A stretch of DNA of 64,000 nt from Octopus sinensis (GCF_006345805.1 NC_043019.1:11345360-11409359); one strand, 5' to 3'; shown: positions 13,942 through 27,016, numbered from the stretch's first letter. Made by a program: numbers and translations. Notes: generated from the letters alone by a model not told the origin.

Positions 13942-14340
13942 AGGCGTAGGAGTGGCTGTGTGGTAAGTAGCTTGCTTAACAACCACATGGTTCCGGGTTC
14001 AGTCCCACTGCGTGGCACCTTGGGAAAGTGTCTTCTACTATAGCCTCAGGCTGACCAAAGCCTTGTGAGTGGATTTGGTAGACGGAAACTGAAAGAAGCC
14101 TGTCGTATATATGTATATATATATATGTATGTGTGTGTGTGTGTCTGTGTTTGTCCCCCTAGCATTGCTTGACAACCGATGCTGGTGTGTTTACGTCCCC
14201 GTAACTTAGCAGTTCGGCAAAAGAGACCGATAGAATAAGTACTAGGCTTACAAAGAATAAGTGTTGGGGTCGATTTGCTCGACTACAGGTGGTGCTCCAG
14301 CATGGCCGCAGTCAAATGACTGAAACAAGTAAAAGAGTAG
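13942..14340 (+). mobile_element. SINE family B (tRNA head, CORE-like GGCACCTTGGGCAAGTG, internal (TA)/(TG) microsatellite, 3' module; OR2-like)
   Basis: Representative of more than 20 copies, e.g. 6900-7270(-), 14905-15280(-), 20728-21115, 22192-22565(-), 25821-26200, 29985-30415, 35085-35525, 41086-41540, 46748-47162(-), 58215-58620(-), 61468-61890(-). The family name is inferred. Confidence 0.85.
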
Positions 14341-15295
14341 TGTGTTAGCAACTGATCTCTTGGGCCATTTTTAATTGTGGGGTTATTCAATGAGGGAGTA
14401 GTCCCACTTGCAATCAAAGTGGTGGTTGTTGGATCTCAATCGAAATTTCCAACCATGGTTTGGTTGTTCGGTTGTTTGATTAACTGTACTACCAAGTTCA
14501 TTGAATTAGTATTTATAGGTGGCTGTGTAGTCCACAGACATACCTACTCTTAACAGAGTTCTTTGGTAGAATCAGCATAACATAAGTCTGCGATAAGGCT
14601 GTACCTTTTGAATTTCTTGTAGAATCTATTGGATGCACTTGTATTCTTTGTAAGCCTAGTACTTATTCTATCGGTCTCTTTTGCTGAACTGCTAAGTTAC
14701 GGGGTTTGTGCCTATCCATTTTCACTCCCGAGCTATGGGAGCTATGGAAAAGACACTTGCCTGAGGTGCCTGGCGCTGGGATTGAACCAGGGATGAGAAT
14801 GAACTTAACTATTTTGCCATAATGTATATGTGTGTGTGTGTGTGTTATAAAATAAAGGATAAAATCACTTCAATGATTTTATCAAGGTAACATTTTATAC
14901 TCTTTTACTCTTTTACTTGTTTCAGTCATTTGACTACGGCCATGCTGGAGCACCGCCTTTAGTCAAGCAAATCGACCCCGGGACTTATTCTTTGTAAGCC
15001 CAGTACTTATTCTATTGGTCTCTTTTGCCGAACTGCTAAGTGACGGGGACGTAAACACACCAGCATCGGCTGTCAAGCAATGCTAGGGGGACAAACACAG
15101 ACACACACACTTATATATATATATACATATATACGACAGGCTTCTTTCAGTTTCCGTCTACCAAATCCACTCACAAGGCATTGGTCGGCCCGGGGCTATA
15201 GCAGAAGACACTTGCCCAAGATGCCACGCAGTGGGACTATGTGGTTGGTTAGCAAGCTACTTACCACACAGCCACTCCTCCTAATTTATAATTAT

Positions 15296-15580
15296 ATTAA
15301 AGCGTGCGGATAAAACCCACCAACATGCTAGAAATAGATGCCAAATGGCTCTAAAAACCACATCTATACTTACTTAGCACAGGTTGTTAGTGGGTAGCTG
15401 AAAAAAATTAATAAGATATTTTGAAAATAAGAGTTAATTATAAATCAATTTCTAGCTTAGCATTATAAAAACACTCTACTGTTATCAGTACAATTTGTCT
15501 AATGGAGTATGCATGTGGTTTTTAGAGTCATTTGGCATCTATTTCTAGTGTGTTGGTGGTGTTTATCTGCACCCTTTAAT
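15296..15580. mobile_element. MITE with about 75-bp terminal inverted repeats, TA-flanked
   Basis: TTAAAGCGTGCGGATAAAAC...ACCACAT versus ATGTGGT...TTTATCTGCACCCTTTAA. Confidence 0.6.
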
Positions 15581-15865
15581 ATAAGTCTTCATCAACTAAA
15601 ATAAGTCAGAAACCATTGGTCCAGGAAAGAGATGGTAATTGTTTTTATTTTTCATTCCCTTCGAGAATTTATCCCTAATTAGTGGTTTGGACTTTAGCTG
15701 TTCTTTCTAGCGTAAAGGATTCCTATGATGGAAATCTCTTAATGTGTTTAAATGTACATTGTATTATATATATATATATATATATATATCAAAATGTAGC
15801 CTCGTGTATACCGTTGGCAATTTTTTTCCTCTGTCTTCCCTTCTCGGGATCTTTCCTTCTCCTAT

Positions 15866-15900
15866 GTTTCCGACGAAGAGCTCCGCTCGAAACGTTAAAC
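15866..15900 (+). ncRNA. Minimal hammerhead motif with U4C core variant
   Basis: GTTT CCGACGA A GAGC-TCC-GCTC GAAA C G T T AAAC. Confidence 0.65.
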
Positions 15901-15994
15901 CCTCCGTCTTCCCTTCTTTCCTGAGCGTCCAATAATACTATATTTGTTCCACGTCCTCGAGTTGTTGTGTTTTTTTGTGTTTTCTTGTTTGGAT

Positions 15995-16039
<45 letters not shown>

Positions 16040-16126
16040 AGAGTTTATGAAAAAAACAAAAGACGAAGACAGGTGGTGTACAAAACAAACAGATGTATTA
16101 GTATAATGCTCAGGAATAGAAAAAGC

Positions 16127-16162
16127 CTTTTACGTTTCGAGCCTACGCTCTTCTACAGAAAG
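16127..16162 (-). ncRNA. Minimal hammerhead motif with CUGUAGA core variant (same family as 1371-1406)
   Basis: Minus strand reads CTTT CTGTAGA A GAGC-GTAG-GCTC GAAA C G T A AAAG. Confidence 0.65.
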
Positions 16163-16255
16163 GGGCACAGAAAAAACAAGGAGAGAAAAAAATGTGTGCA
16201 GTGGCTAATGATCTATCAGGGTGACTAGATAAATGTTATATCAAAATAGGATAGA

Positions 16256-16292
<37 letters not shown>

Positions 16293-16978
16293 TCATCATC
16301 ATCATCATTTAGCGTCCGTTTTCCATGCTAGCATGGGTTGGACGGTTCAACTGGGGTCTGTGAAGCTGGAAGGCTTCATCAGGCCCTGTCAGATCTGGCA
16401 GTGTTTCTACGGCTTGATGCCCTTCCTAACGCCAACAACTCCGTGAGTGTAGTGGGTGCTTTTTACGTGCCACCTGCACAGGTGCCAGACAGAGCTGGCA
16501 AACGGCCACGAACGGATGGTGCTTTTACGTGCCACTGGCACGGGGGCCAGGCGAGGCTGGCAATGGACATATATATATATATGAGTCTATATATATATAT
16601 ATATGGACATATATATATATGAGTCTATATATCTATATATATATATGAGTCTATATATCTATATATATATATGAGTCTATATATCTATATATATATATGA
16701 GTCTATATATATATATGAGTCTATCCTATTTTGATATAACATTTATCTGTCCACTCTACTAAATATATTGAGTTCCATCTCAGATAATGTGTAAAATATG
16801 TGACATATATGTTTGTATATATTAGCTTTCTCTCTCTCTCACACACAGACACCTATTTCTATATATTATTTTTCTGTGTGAATATATCTATGTATAGTTC
16901 ATATACAATTTTATATAAATTTCTGTCTTTGATGTCTTCAGTAACTGATGTTGTGAAAGAAGTCTGCATTTGTCCAGA

Positions 16979-17008
16979 ATGAGGGCTGTCACTGCAAGGA
17001 AGATCAGA
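16979..17008 (+). CDS. Candidate alternative first coding exon MRAVTARKIR
   Basis: ATG at 16979, donor AGA|gtaagt at 17009, phase 0. Possible acceptor tcttcag at 16941. No homology support. Confidence 0.3.
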
Positions 17009-17952
17009 GTAAGTAATTTTCATATTTTTCTTTTATATAAGTTTGCTTCCCAGCGACATTATTCCAGGTTCAGTCCCACTGCGTGGCACAAGTGTCTTCT
17101 AGTATAGCCTCAGGCCAACCAAAGCCTTGTCAGTGGATTTAGTAGATGGAAACTGAAAAGAAGCCTGTTGTATGCATGTGTATATATATCATCCTCATTA
17201 TTATTTAATGTCTACCTTCCAAGCTGGCATGGGAAGGACAGTTTGACAGGGGCCGGCCAGGCAGAGGCCTGCACCAAACTTCTGTGACTGTTCTGGCAGG
17301 GTTTTTACGGCTGGATGCCCTTCCTAGCACCAACCACCCTGCAGAGTGGACAGAATGCTTTTTACCTGACACAAGCACAGGCGAGGTCAGTTTTGGCAAG
17401 GTTTTTACAGCTGGATGCCCTTCCTAACACTAGCCACCCAGCAGGGTGGACTCAGTGCTTTTTATGTGGCATCAGCACAGGCAAGGTTTTTACAGCTGGA
17501 TGCCCTTCCAAATGCCAACCACTTTACAGTGTGGACTGGATGCTTTTTAAGTGTCACCTGCACTGACAGGGTCACCAAGTAACTTGTAAGACTAAAATCT
17601 TTTGAGAGGGGAGGGGACATTGGAGGAGATTTTGTGTCAGATGAGGAATGATTATAGTGAAGGAGAGAGACAGAAACAGGCCTCTTGCTGTAGAGGAGGT
17701 ACATGGTTACCCAGCCAGAGAGAGAGGGATCAGGAATGAGGACAGAAATGTTGGGTCTGTTCTCTGACTTGCTGGCTTCACCACCTCATCCCAGGTTTTC
17801 CTCAGTCTACCTCCGAGACAAAGTCATTTAAGGAAGACCAGTGGTCGCCCATACATACCAGCCTGCGCCTGGTCTTGGAACTGAACTCACTATCTCATGA
17901 TTGTGAGCTCAACACTCCAACCACTGAGCCATGTGCCTTCACATAAGTCTTG

Positions 17953-17986
<34 letters not shown>

Positions 17987-18529
17987 GCCGGTGTTTTTAG
18001 AGCGATGAATAGCTTTGCGTAAACCATGGTTCGCTTTGTTCTCTTACTTTATTATCATCTTATAATCATTTCATAATAATGACTTTTATGACTCTTATTA
18101 CTACCTCAGTCAATCTAAATGTATATATTTGTCGTTACCTTTCATAAATAGCCTTTTTTTATTTGCAATGTGCATTTTCGTTGATTTTTCATATTTTACC
18201 CTTACATTTCTTTTTTTTTCTTTTCTTTTTGTAACATATTTCTACTATATATATATATATATATGTATATATAAAATGTATTTGTATGTGTGCATATATG
18301 TGTGTGTATGTGTATGCATACATATTTTATGTACACACATATATTAAAGGCAATTTTTTTCTCACTGATCCAAAAGCCGACTTTCTCTGAGGTAATCAGT
18401 TTTGGACTCTGCCTCTATCTGCCATTTATCTTTCCTCGAATTAATGTCGCAGAAATTCAAATCTAAGTGTTTAAATATCTGAAATATACTACTGATAATT
18501 GACTACTGAGATATCCACATCACCTTTGG

Positions 18530-18566
<37 letters not shown>

Positions 18567-18850
18567 AAAATGCTGATTGGGAAGTTACATACACATACAG
18601 GGCTAACCAAAAGTCACCCAACAGTAAATCAAAATTCCATAAATACCCTCAGTAATTCTGTATTGACTCAAATGGAAAAATGTGTCACTCAAGAAGGACT
18701 TCAGTTTGAACAATTTTCATGATGTTTCATATTTAGATGCTTTTAAATTCATTCAGATCTTAAACATAAATAAATCTTGGAATTAAATGGTTTTGATTTA
18801 CTGTCAGGTGAATTTTGACCAACCCTGTGTGTGTGTATATATATATATAT

Positions 18851-20490
18851 TGTTGTATTTCGGGATGGTCATTTTTATTTTTTGCCAAAAAAACACACGG
18901 CACACACTATATATTTGTCCTTCACTCATTTATTACTGCTCTTATTTTAAAAAATTTTAACTCATGTCCATTGTTTGGAAATCTTTTGTCACACATCTGT
19001 GACCTCGTCAACACTTTTCGTTTTTGTGTGTGCTCTTTCTCCACTTACTCCATTTTGTTCTTCTAAGATGTATATCCTTATGTGTGCATGTGTTTGCATC
19101 CTTGTTTGTGTGTGTGTGTTTGTATGCTTGCATGTGTGTGTCATTGTTATTAGCAGCAGTTTGGCCTTCCTCTCAGCCCCATCCTCTTACCCCATTGTGC
19201 TGCTGCTGTCCTAAGACCCCAAAATTTGGTACAGTTCATGTATCCCTTTGTGTTTGTTCGCCAACAGTGTTGCCATTGTGGTAGTTGTTGTTGTTATTAC
19301 CATCGTTGTTACTGCCACTGTTGCTGTTGTTGGATAAGTCCCTCTGTACAAAGTACAATGGTGTTGTATGTAGGATGAACCCACAGGTTAACTGTAAGGT
19401 TAGAAATGTAAGTATAGCTTACAATGTACTAAGAGACAGTGCAGAAATATGACAACCACCTACACTGAAGAGACTGCATGCAGCATAAGAGAGCATATAG
19501 ATGAACATTGGCAAGAGCGCAAAGAAGAGAAAAACTTATCAGTGCTCTACCAACGTGCTTAGGTAGAACATGGTGGCTCGATTAATAGCATAGAGGTTAA
19601 AGTATTATCAATGCATAGAACTAACACAACACTTAGTTCGCTAAGGCTACACACAAAGTAGACAGACCGAGCCACAATAGAAAGTACAAAAGGAACAGTA
19701 ACACCCACCACCACACTACGTGACTAAAGAGAGAAGAGAAGAGAAAGGAAAAAGAAAATCATAAATAATACATAGATTCATAAGGGTAATACACACACAA
19801 TAGACATATATGCACTTGCCTGTGATACACATAAGAAATATAGATAAATAAAAATAAATATAGAAATAGATAAATATAATAGTCACATACCTGTGATAAA
19901 TATAAGAAATATAGATAAAATACATAAATGAATAAATCCATATAAAGGGCATAGATACAAACAAAATATGAAGTGAACCCATACACACACACACAAAAGA
20001 AATTTCACAGACGACCACAACAGTATTCAAGAACATGAATAACAACATCAGCAGCAGTGGCAGTGACAACGTTGGCAATAACAACTACTACTCTGATAGC
20101 AACATCATGGGTGAACACACAAACACAAAGGGATACAGGAACTATACCAAATGTTGGTGTCTTAGGACAGCAGCAGCACAATGGGGGCTGAGGGGGAAAG
20201 CCATACTGCTGCTAAGAACAATGATGCACACACAAGCATACACAAACACATGTGCATGTAAGGATACACATCTTAGAAGAAGAGAATGGAGTAAGTGGAG
20301 CAAGGGCACACACGAAAGCGAAAAGTGTCGCTGAAGAGGTCACAGGTGTGTGACAAAAGATTTCCAGACAATGGACATGAGTTGAAGTAAAAAAAAATAA
20401 GAACAGTAATAAATGGGTGAAGAACAAATATATAGTGTGTGTGTTTATTTGGCAAAAAAAAAAAAATTACTGTCCCGAAATACAACATCT
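18851..20490 (+). mobile_element. Degenerate Penelope-like element: GIY-YIG remnant (about 19404-19640) between inverted terminal repeats (18851-19325 / 20040-20490)
   Basis: YSLQCTKRQC...TYTEETACSIREHIDEHW...SVLYQRA*VEHG...EVKVLS fits a PLE GIY-YIG endonuclease. The arms are reverse complements of each other. Confidence 0.7.
20326..20370 (+). ncRNA. Degenerate hammerhead motif in a PLE terminal repeat (inverted partner about 18972-19015)
   Basis: TGTCG CTGAAGA G GTCAC-AGGTGT-GTGAC AAAA GATTTC CAGACA. G12 has mutated to A, so it is probably inactive. Confidence 0.5.
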
Positions 20491-20597
20491 GTTTCAACAT
20501 TCGATATGATTTCACATTAGGAATCTTGCAACACATTGATAAATATACATACATATATATATATATAGGCGCTTCCCAATCAGCATTTTCTATTTCT

Positions 20598-20628
<31 letters not shown>

Positions 20629-20690
20629 ATCCAAAGATGATGTGGATATCTCAGTAGTCAATTAATTAGTAGTATATTTCAGATATGTAA

Positions 20691-20729
<39 letters not shown>

Positions 20730-21361
20730 TGCAGGAGTGGCTGTGTGGTAAGTAGCTTGCTAACCGACCACATGGTTCTGGGTTCAGTCCCACTGCGTGG
20801 CATCTTGGGCAAGTGTCTTCTGCTATAGCCCTGGGCTGACCAATGCCTTGTGAGTGGATTTGGTAGACGGAAACTGAAAGAAGCCTGTTGTATATATGTG
20901 TTTGTGTTTGTGTGTCTGTGTTTGTCCCTCCAACATCACTTGACAACCGATGCTGGTGTGTTTACGTCCCCGTCACTTAGCGGTTCGGCAAAAGTGACCG
21001 ATAGAATAAGTACTGGGCCTACAAAGAATAAGTCCCGGGGTCGATTTGCTCGACTAAAGGCGGTGCTCCAGCATGGCCACAGTCAAATGACTGAAACAAG
21101 TAAAAGAGTAAAAGAGAGTAACGTATCCTATTTTATCTATAATAGAGTCAAAAAAATCAATCTGTTTCACTATAGATTGATCATTCAAAATTTAGTGGCT
21201 TTTACCAATTTATTGCGTTATATTTAGCGTGTTGTTTATCACAGCTGAAATGGTCAATGATCCTGCAGTGGAATGTCTGTAGAACTAACTAGTTACTGCA
21301 GCCACCCATATAGCCACATTCGTTCGTTCCGTAGTGAATCTAGACTAGTCATCGATCTAGA

Positions 21362-21364
21362 ATG
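21362..21364 (+). CDS. Candidate first coding exon contributing only ATG (ATG|gtgagt)
   Basis: ctagaATGgtgagt at the end of a unique, non-repeat stretch (about 21290-21364). Phase 0 fits the 28434 exon. No transcript support. Confidence 0.35.
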
Positions 21365-21942
21365 GTGAGTAGTCTCTTGGTAGTTAAATACCAATCTTCT
21401 TCCTTCCTTCATATATGTCACAGAGAACTTGTTACGTCTCAGATAAACAAATACCAGACTCTACCACCACATCTCACACCCCATTTTTAGAGGGTTTTTA
21501 TTTTCTTTTTTTTTTTATCTTTTATTTGTTTCACTTAGAATGTGGCCATGCTGGGGTACAACCTTGATTTTTTTTTTTTTTTTGGTGAATGAATCGACTC
21601 CAAACCTGGTATTTACTCTTTGATATCAACATCACCATCATCATCATCGTCGTCCATTTTCCATGCTGGCATGGGTTGGACGGTTTGACAAAAGCTGACC
21701 AGCTGAAGGGCTGTTCAGGCCCCCTGTCTGTTTTGGCATGGTTTCTATGGCTGGATGCCCTTCCTAATGCCGACCACTTTACAGAGACAGAGTGTACTGA
21801 GTACTTTTATGCAGTACTGGTACCGGTGCTTTTTACATGGCACCAGCATTTATATATTATATGATATATTAATATGGATGAATAGATATAGATAGATATA
21901 TAGATGCATATAGTTATATATATATATAATATATATATAACA

Positions 21943-21977
<35 letters not shown>

Positions 21978-22082
21978 GTATATATATATATATACATACA
22001 TACATACATATATATGTATGTATGTATGTATATATATCATCATCATCATTTAACGTCCGCTTTTCCATGCTAGCATGGGTTG

Positions 22083-22137
<55 letters not shown>

Positions 22138-22756
22138 TATATACACATACATACACACACACAACACACACACACAACATATATATATATACTCTTTTAC
22201 TTGTTTCAGTCATTTGACTGCGGCCATGCTGGAGCACCGCCTTTAGTCGAGCAAATCGACCCCGGGATTTATTCTTTGTAAGCCCAGTACTTATTCTATC
22301 GGTCTCTTTTTGCCGAACCGCTAGGTGACAGGAACGTAAACACACCAGCATCAGTTGTCAAGCAATGCTAGGGGGACAAACACAGACACACATACATATA
22401 TACGACAGGCTTCTTTCAGTTTCCGTCTACCAAATCCACTCACAAGGCATTGGTCAGCCCGGGACTATAGCAGAAGACACTTGCCCAAGATGCCACGTAG
22501 TGGGACTGAACCCGGAACCATTTGGTTGGTTAGCAAGCTACTTACCACACGGCCACTCCTGCACCTATAATATGTTAATAAAGTTGCAAAAACATTACAA
22601 AAAAACTGTTACTCAAAGTTTCAGGTTCCTGTTTGTCTAACAGGAAGAGGAATGTGAAGTAACAGATTCTGTGATGTCTTTGCAGCTTTAGCTATAAAGC
22701 ATGTTACTCTACTTCCGGTATTCGAGTCCTATTTTTTCCCCACCTTGTTTTGCGTT

Positions 22757-22799
<43 letters not shown>

Positions 22800-23029
22800 G
22801 ACCTACTCATTGAAATTGAGAAAATGTGGCATCTCAAGGTGGTTACAATACCAGTGATCGTAGGAGCACTAGGAATGATCAAGAAGGGAACCGAAAATTA
22901 TATGAGAATGATCCCTGGCTTACCATCCCTGCAAGAAGTGCAAAAGATTGTCTTAACTGGTACATCACACGTATTGAGAAGAGCATTGTCGATGTGAGAT
23001 CTGTTGCTGCTCATGCATTTTAATTTAAC

Positions 23030-23060
<31 letters not shown>

Positions 23061-23180
23061 ACGAACTACTGAGTTTGGTTTAATGGCCTACCAATATACA
23101 CTATGAGTTTCTTTGCCCTAGGAGTCGGGAAGACACTCGGCAAGAAATGGAAGAAAATTTGAAAGAAGAAAAAAAAAAGT
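22800..23180 (+). mobile_element. 5'-truncated Dong/R4-type non-LTR retrotransposon 3' end inserted in (TAA)n
   Basis: DLLIEIEKMWHLKVVTIPVIVGALGMIKKG...LQEVQKIVLTGTSHVLRRALSM* is a restriction-like endonuclease C-terminus. (AAT)n lies on both sides. Confidence 0.85.
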
Positions 23181-23196
23181 AATAATAATAATAATA

Positions 23197-23236
<40 letters not shown>

Positions 23237-23363
23237 TATGTACAGTGCTCAGGTGCACTACAACTCATTTAAAGTGTATATATAATCAGGTGTAGTTTCG
23301 GCGGATTTCGGAAAGCATATGTTTACTCTGCTATATATAGATATATACATATAGATATATGTC

Positions 23364-23762
23364 TTTTAAATTTGTTTATGGTAAAGTTAACGGTATGCAA
23401 ATAAAGGTCCCTTTTCATTTTGCCAGCTACCATCTACTGATATTGGCTAGTGAGTCAGTTTCTCAGGTTTGTATCCTGGTTATACTGACATAATATATTT
23501 TAAATTTGTTTATGGTAAAGTTAACGGTATGCAAATAAAGGTCCCTTTTCATTTTGCCAGCTACCATCTACTGATATTGGCTAGTGAGTCAGTTTCTCAG
23601 GTTTGTATCCTGGTTATACTGACATAATATATTTTAAATTTGTTTATGGTAATGTTAACGGTATGCAAATAAAGGTCCCTTTTCATTTTGCCAGCTACCA
23701 TCTACTGATATTGGCTAGTGAGTCAGTTTCTCAGGTTTGTATCCTGGTTATACTGACATAAT
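23364..23762. repeat. 134-bp unit x3, near-identical tandem repeat
   Basis: The same motif recurs at 23367, 23501 and 23635. Confidence 0.95.
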
Positions 23763-24715
23763 GTAAGATAAAATATATATACACACACACAGACACACAC
23801 ATATACATACACATATATCATTATATATATATTACATATACATACACACACACACACATACATACAGATATCATCATCATCATCATCGTTTAATGTCCAT
23901 TTTCCGAGCTACCACAGGTTGGATGGTTTGACCGGGGTCTGGGAAGCCAGGAGGCTCCACCAGGCTCCAGTCTCATCTGGCAGTGTTTCTACAGTTGGAT
24001 GCCCTTCCTAACACCAACCACTCCGTGAGTGTAATGGGTGCTTTTTACGTGCCACCGGCACAGTAAATATATATATATCATCATCATCATCATCATTTAG
24101 CGTTCGCTTTCCATGCTAGCATGGGTTGGACGGTTCAACTGGGGTCTGTGAAGCTGGAAGGCTTCGTCAGGCCCAGTCAGATCTGGCAGTGTTTCTACGG
24201 CTGGATGCCCTTCCTAACGCCAACCACCCCACGAGTGTAGTGGGTGCTTTTTACGTGCCACCTGCACAGGTGCCAGGTGGGGTCCGGCATCGGTCACGAT
24301 CGGTTGGAGCTTTTAACGTGCCAGCGGCACGGAAACCAGCCAAGGCGGCGCTGGCAACGTTTGGATGGTCTTTTTTTATGTGTACCGGCACAGGGGCCAG
24401 TCGGGGCGGCGCTGGCATCATATATATATATATATATCACCACCAGGCATATGTTTCAGCCCTCATCTTCTTAGACTCTATGCATCACAGGTGCAGGCAT
24501 GTCTGTATAGTTGAGAAGTTTGCTTCCCAACGACGCTGCCTTGGGTTCAGTCCCACTGCACGGCACCTTTCGACAAGTGTCTTTAACTGTAATTTATACT
24601 ATGACACAAGATAGACTTTCCTCGTTATTCAAAATACCAACATTGTTTCTCTTTCAGTTCATTTAGCGCAATATCAAATCAAAATAGGAAATGTCACATA
24701 AATACTTAATGTCAC

Positions 24716-24800
24716 ATGTATGTCTATGTATGTATGTATATATATATATGTATATCTGTATATGTATGTATATCTATATATATATATATGTATGTATATC

Positions 24801-24831
<31 letters not shown>

Positions 24832-24856
24832 ATGTATATGTATGTATATATGTATG

Positions 24857-24891
<35 letters not shown>

Positions 24892-25050
24892 GTATGTATA
24901 TATATATATATATGTATGTATATGTATGTATATATGTATATGTATGTATATATGTATGTATGTATATGTATGTATATATGTATGTATATATGTATGTATA
25001 TGTATGTATATATATGTATGTATATGCATATATATATATATATATATATG
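24716..25050. repeat. (TATG)n/(TA)n microsatellite
   Basis: Direct reading; one of dozens of TA/TG/TC/CAT/AAT microsatellites in the window. Confidence 0.95.
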
Positions 25051-25410
25051 TAGACACACTCACACACATATATATGTACACACATAATTGCATACACATG
25101 TATGTATATATATATATATATATATGTTTGTGTGTGTGTATGTGTAATCTGTATACAGCAATGCAAATGTCATGCACATGTACACACACACACGCACACA
25201 CACACACACATATAATGTGAGTAAAGCACATGGTCTTGATCTTGGTGTTCTTGTCGCTCATTACTGATGTGCTCTCTTTATATAATGCTGTAGCCTTCTT
25301 CAGACTGTACAGGATCCCATGCGATCATGCAACGATGCCAGACGAATGCAATTAACATTGAAAGCACATCAATCTGAATAGCAAAACTGTCACTCACTGA
25401 GCACGTTCAG

Positions 25411-25467
<57 letters not shown>

Positions 25468-25760
25468 GGAGGCGCAATGGCCTAGTGGTTAGGGCAGCAG
25501 ACTCGCGGTCGCAGGATCACGGTTTCGATTCCCAGACCGGGCATTGAGTGTTTATTGAGCGCGAAAAACACCTAAAAGCTCACGAGGCTCCGGCAGGGGG
25601 TGGTGATCCCTGCTGTACTCTTTCACCACTCTTTCTCCCACTCTTCTTCTGTTGGCCTGCTCGCTTAGCCAGCGGGGTGGCGTCATTCAAAGGCTAAAAC
25701 AATGCGAACGCATTGTGACCAGCGATGTGTAACAAATCTGATGGTCTGGTCAGTCACGTG
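25468..25760 (+). mobile_element. tRNA-derived SINE, distinct family, inserted in (TA)n
   Basis: A box TGGCCTAGTGG, B box GGTTTCGATTCC, followed by a unique body. Confidence 0.75.
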
Positions 25761-25763
25761 ATA

Positions 25764-25808
<45 letters not shown>

Positions 25809-26434
25809 TATATATATATAGGCGCAGGAATGGTAATGTGGGAAGAAGCTTGCTTTGCAACCACATGGTTCTGGGTTCAGTGCCAAGGTTCCGTGGCACC
25901 TTGGGCAAATGTTTTCGACTATTACTTCTAGCTAGGTAAAGCCTTGTGAGTGGATTTGGTAGACAGAAACTGAAAGGAGTCTGTCGTATATATATATGTG
26001 TGTGTGTGTGTCTGTGTTTGTCCCCCACCATCGCTTGACAACCAATGTTGGTATATTTATGTCCCCGTAACTTAGCAGATCAGCGAAAGAGACCGATAAA
26101 ATAAGTACTAGGCTTGCAGAGAATAAGTTCTAGGATGAATTTGTTAGGCTAAAGGTGGTGCTCCAGCATGGCCACATTCAAATGACTGAAACAAGTAAAA
26201 GTATATATATAATAATATAAATAATATATATATATATGAATATATACATACATATATGTGCATACCTGCATATATATGTATATATACATGCATATATGGG
26301 TACAGGACAAAAAAAAATGTTGAATACAATGAGAAACGAAAATATAAAAACAAAAACATGGAAACGAACTAAGAGGTATAATATAAATTTCAAAGATTTT
26401 TTGTGTCGATCCATAAATTACAGTTTCTGGGGGG

Positions 26435-26480
<46 letters not shown>

Positions 26481-27016
26481 CATGCCAGTATGGAAAACGG
26501 ATGTATACACCAACTCAGGGAGGATGTATACACACACATACATGTATTTGTATGTGTATAAATTGTGATGGTGTATAGGTTTTATATATATTTAAGGTAG
26601 TCAGGATTTTGGATAAATATTTCTTTTTTCTTTTTAGCACTTTCATCTCTTTTGAATGATTTATTTACCGAAAATTCATGCCTTTTATATACATGGAATT
26701 AAATTGGGAAGAGGGTGTTCTTTGTTATTTTGAAGTTGTATGTGTATGTATGCATAAGTGTGTGTATGTGTTTGGAATTTTTGGAGGCTTGTCTAGAGAG
26801 AGAAAAAAGGAAATTGCATTGAAATTGCATCAGTTCTCATGTTACCCAACTGTAGAAAGGGCTCTTTTTCTGGGATGGTTGAAATTAATGACAACTCAAA
26901 AAGTTAATTTTCTCTCGGTCATTGACTTTTCAATCAGTTCTTATGTTACCCATCTGTAGAAAACAGAATGTATTGAATGGTTTTGGAATGTCTATATGTG
27001 TGTGTTGGTTGTTTAA

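Noticed and set aside
23364-23762. Ribozyme in the 134-bp repeat (minus strand GTCAG..CAGG/CCTG..GAAA CTGAC)
   Set aside because: Only a simple two-stem hairpin; no CUGANGA-type core.
24691-25261. Numerous YI/MY/HT-rich ORFs here and elsewhere
   Set aside because: Translations of TA/TG/TATG microsatellites.
25278-25298. Hammerhead (minus strand CAGT CTGAAGA AGGC TACAGC)
   Set aside because: No GAAA or stem III follows; at best a truncated relic.
25468-25545. tRNA gene (also the heads at 58646, 40257, 13942)
   Set aside because: A and B boxes are present but no complete cloverleaf or acceptor stem, and each continues into a SINE body.
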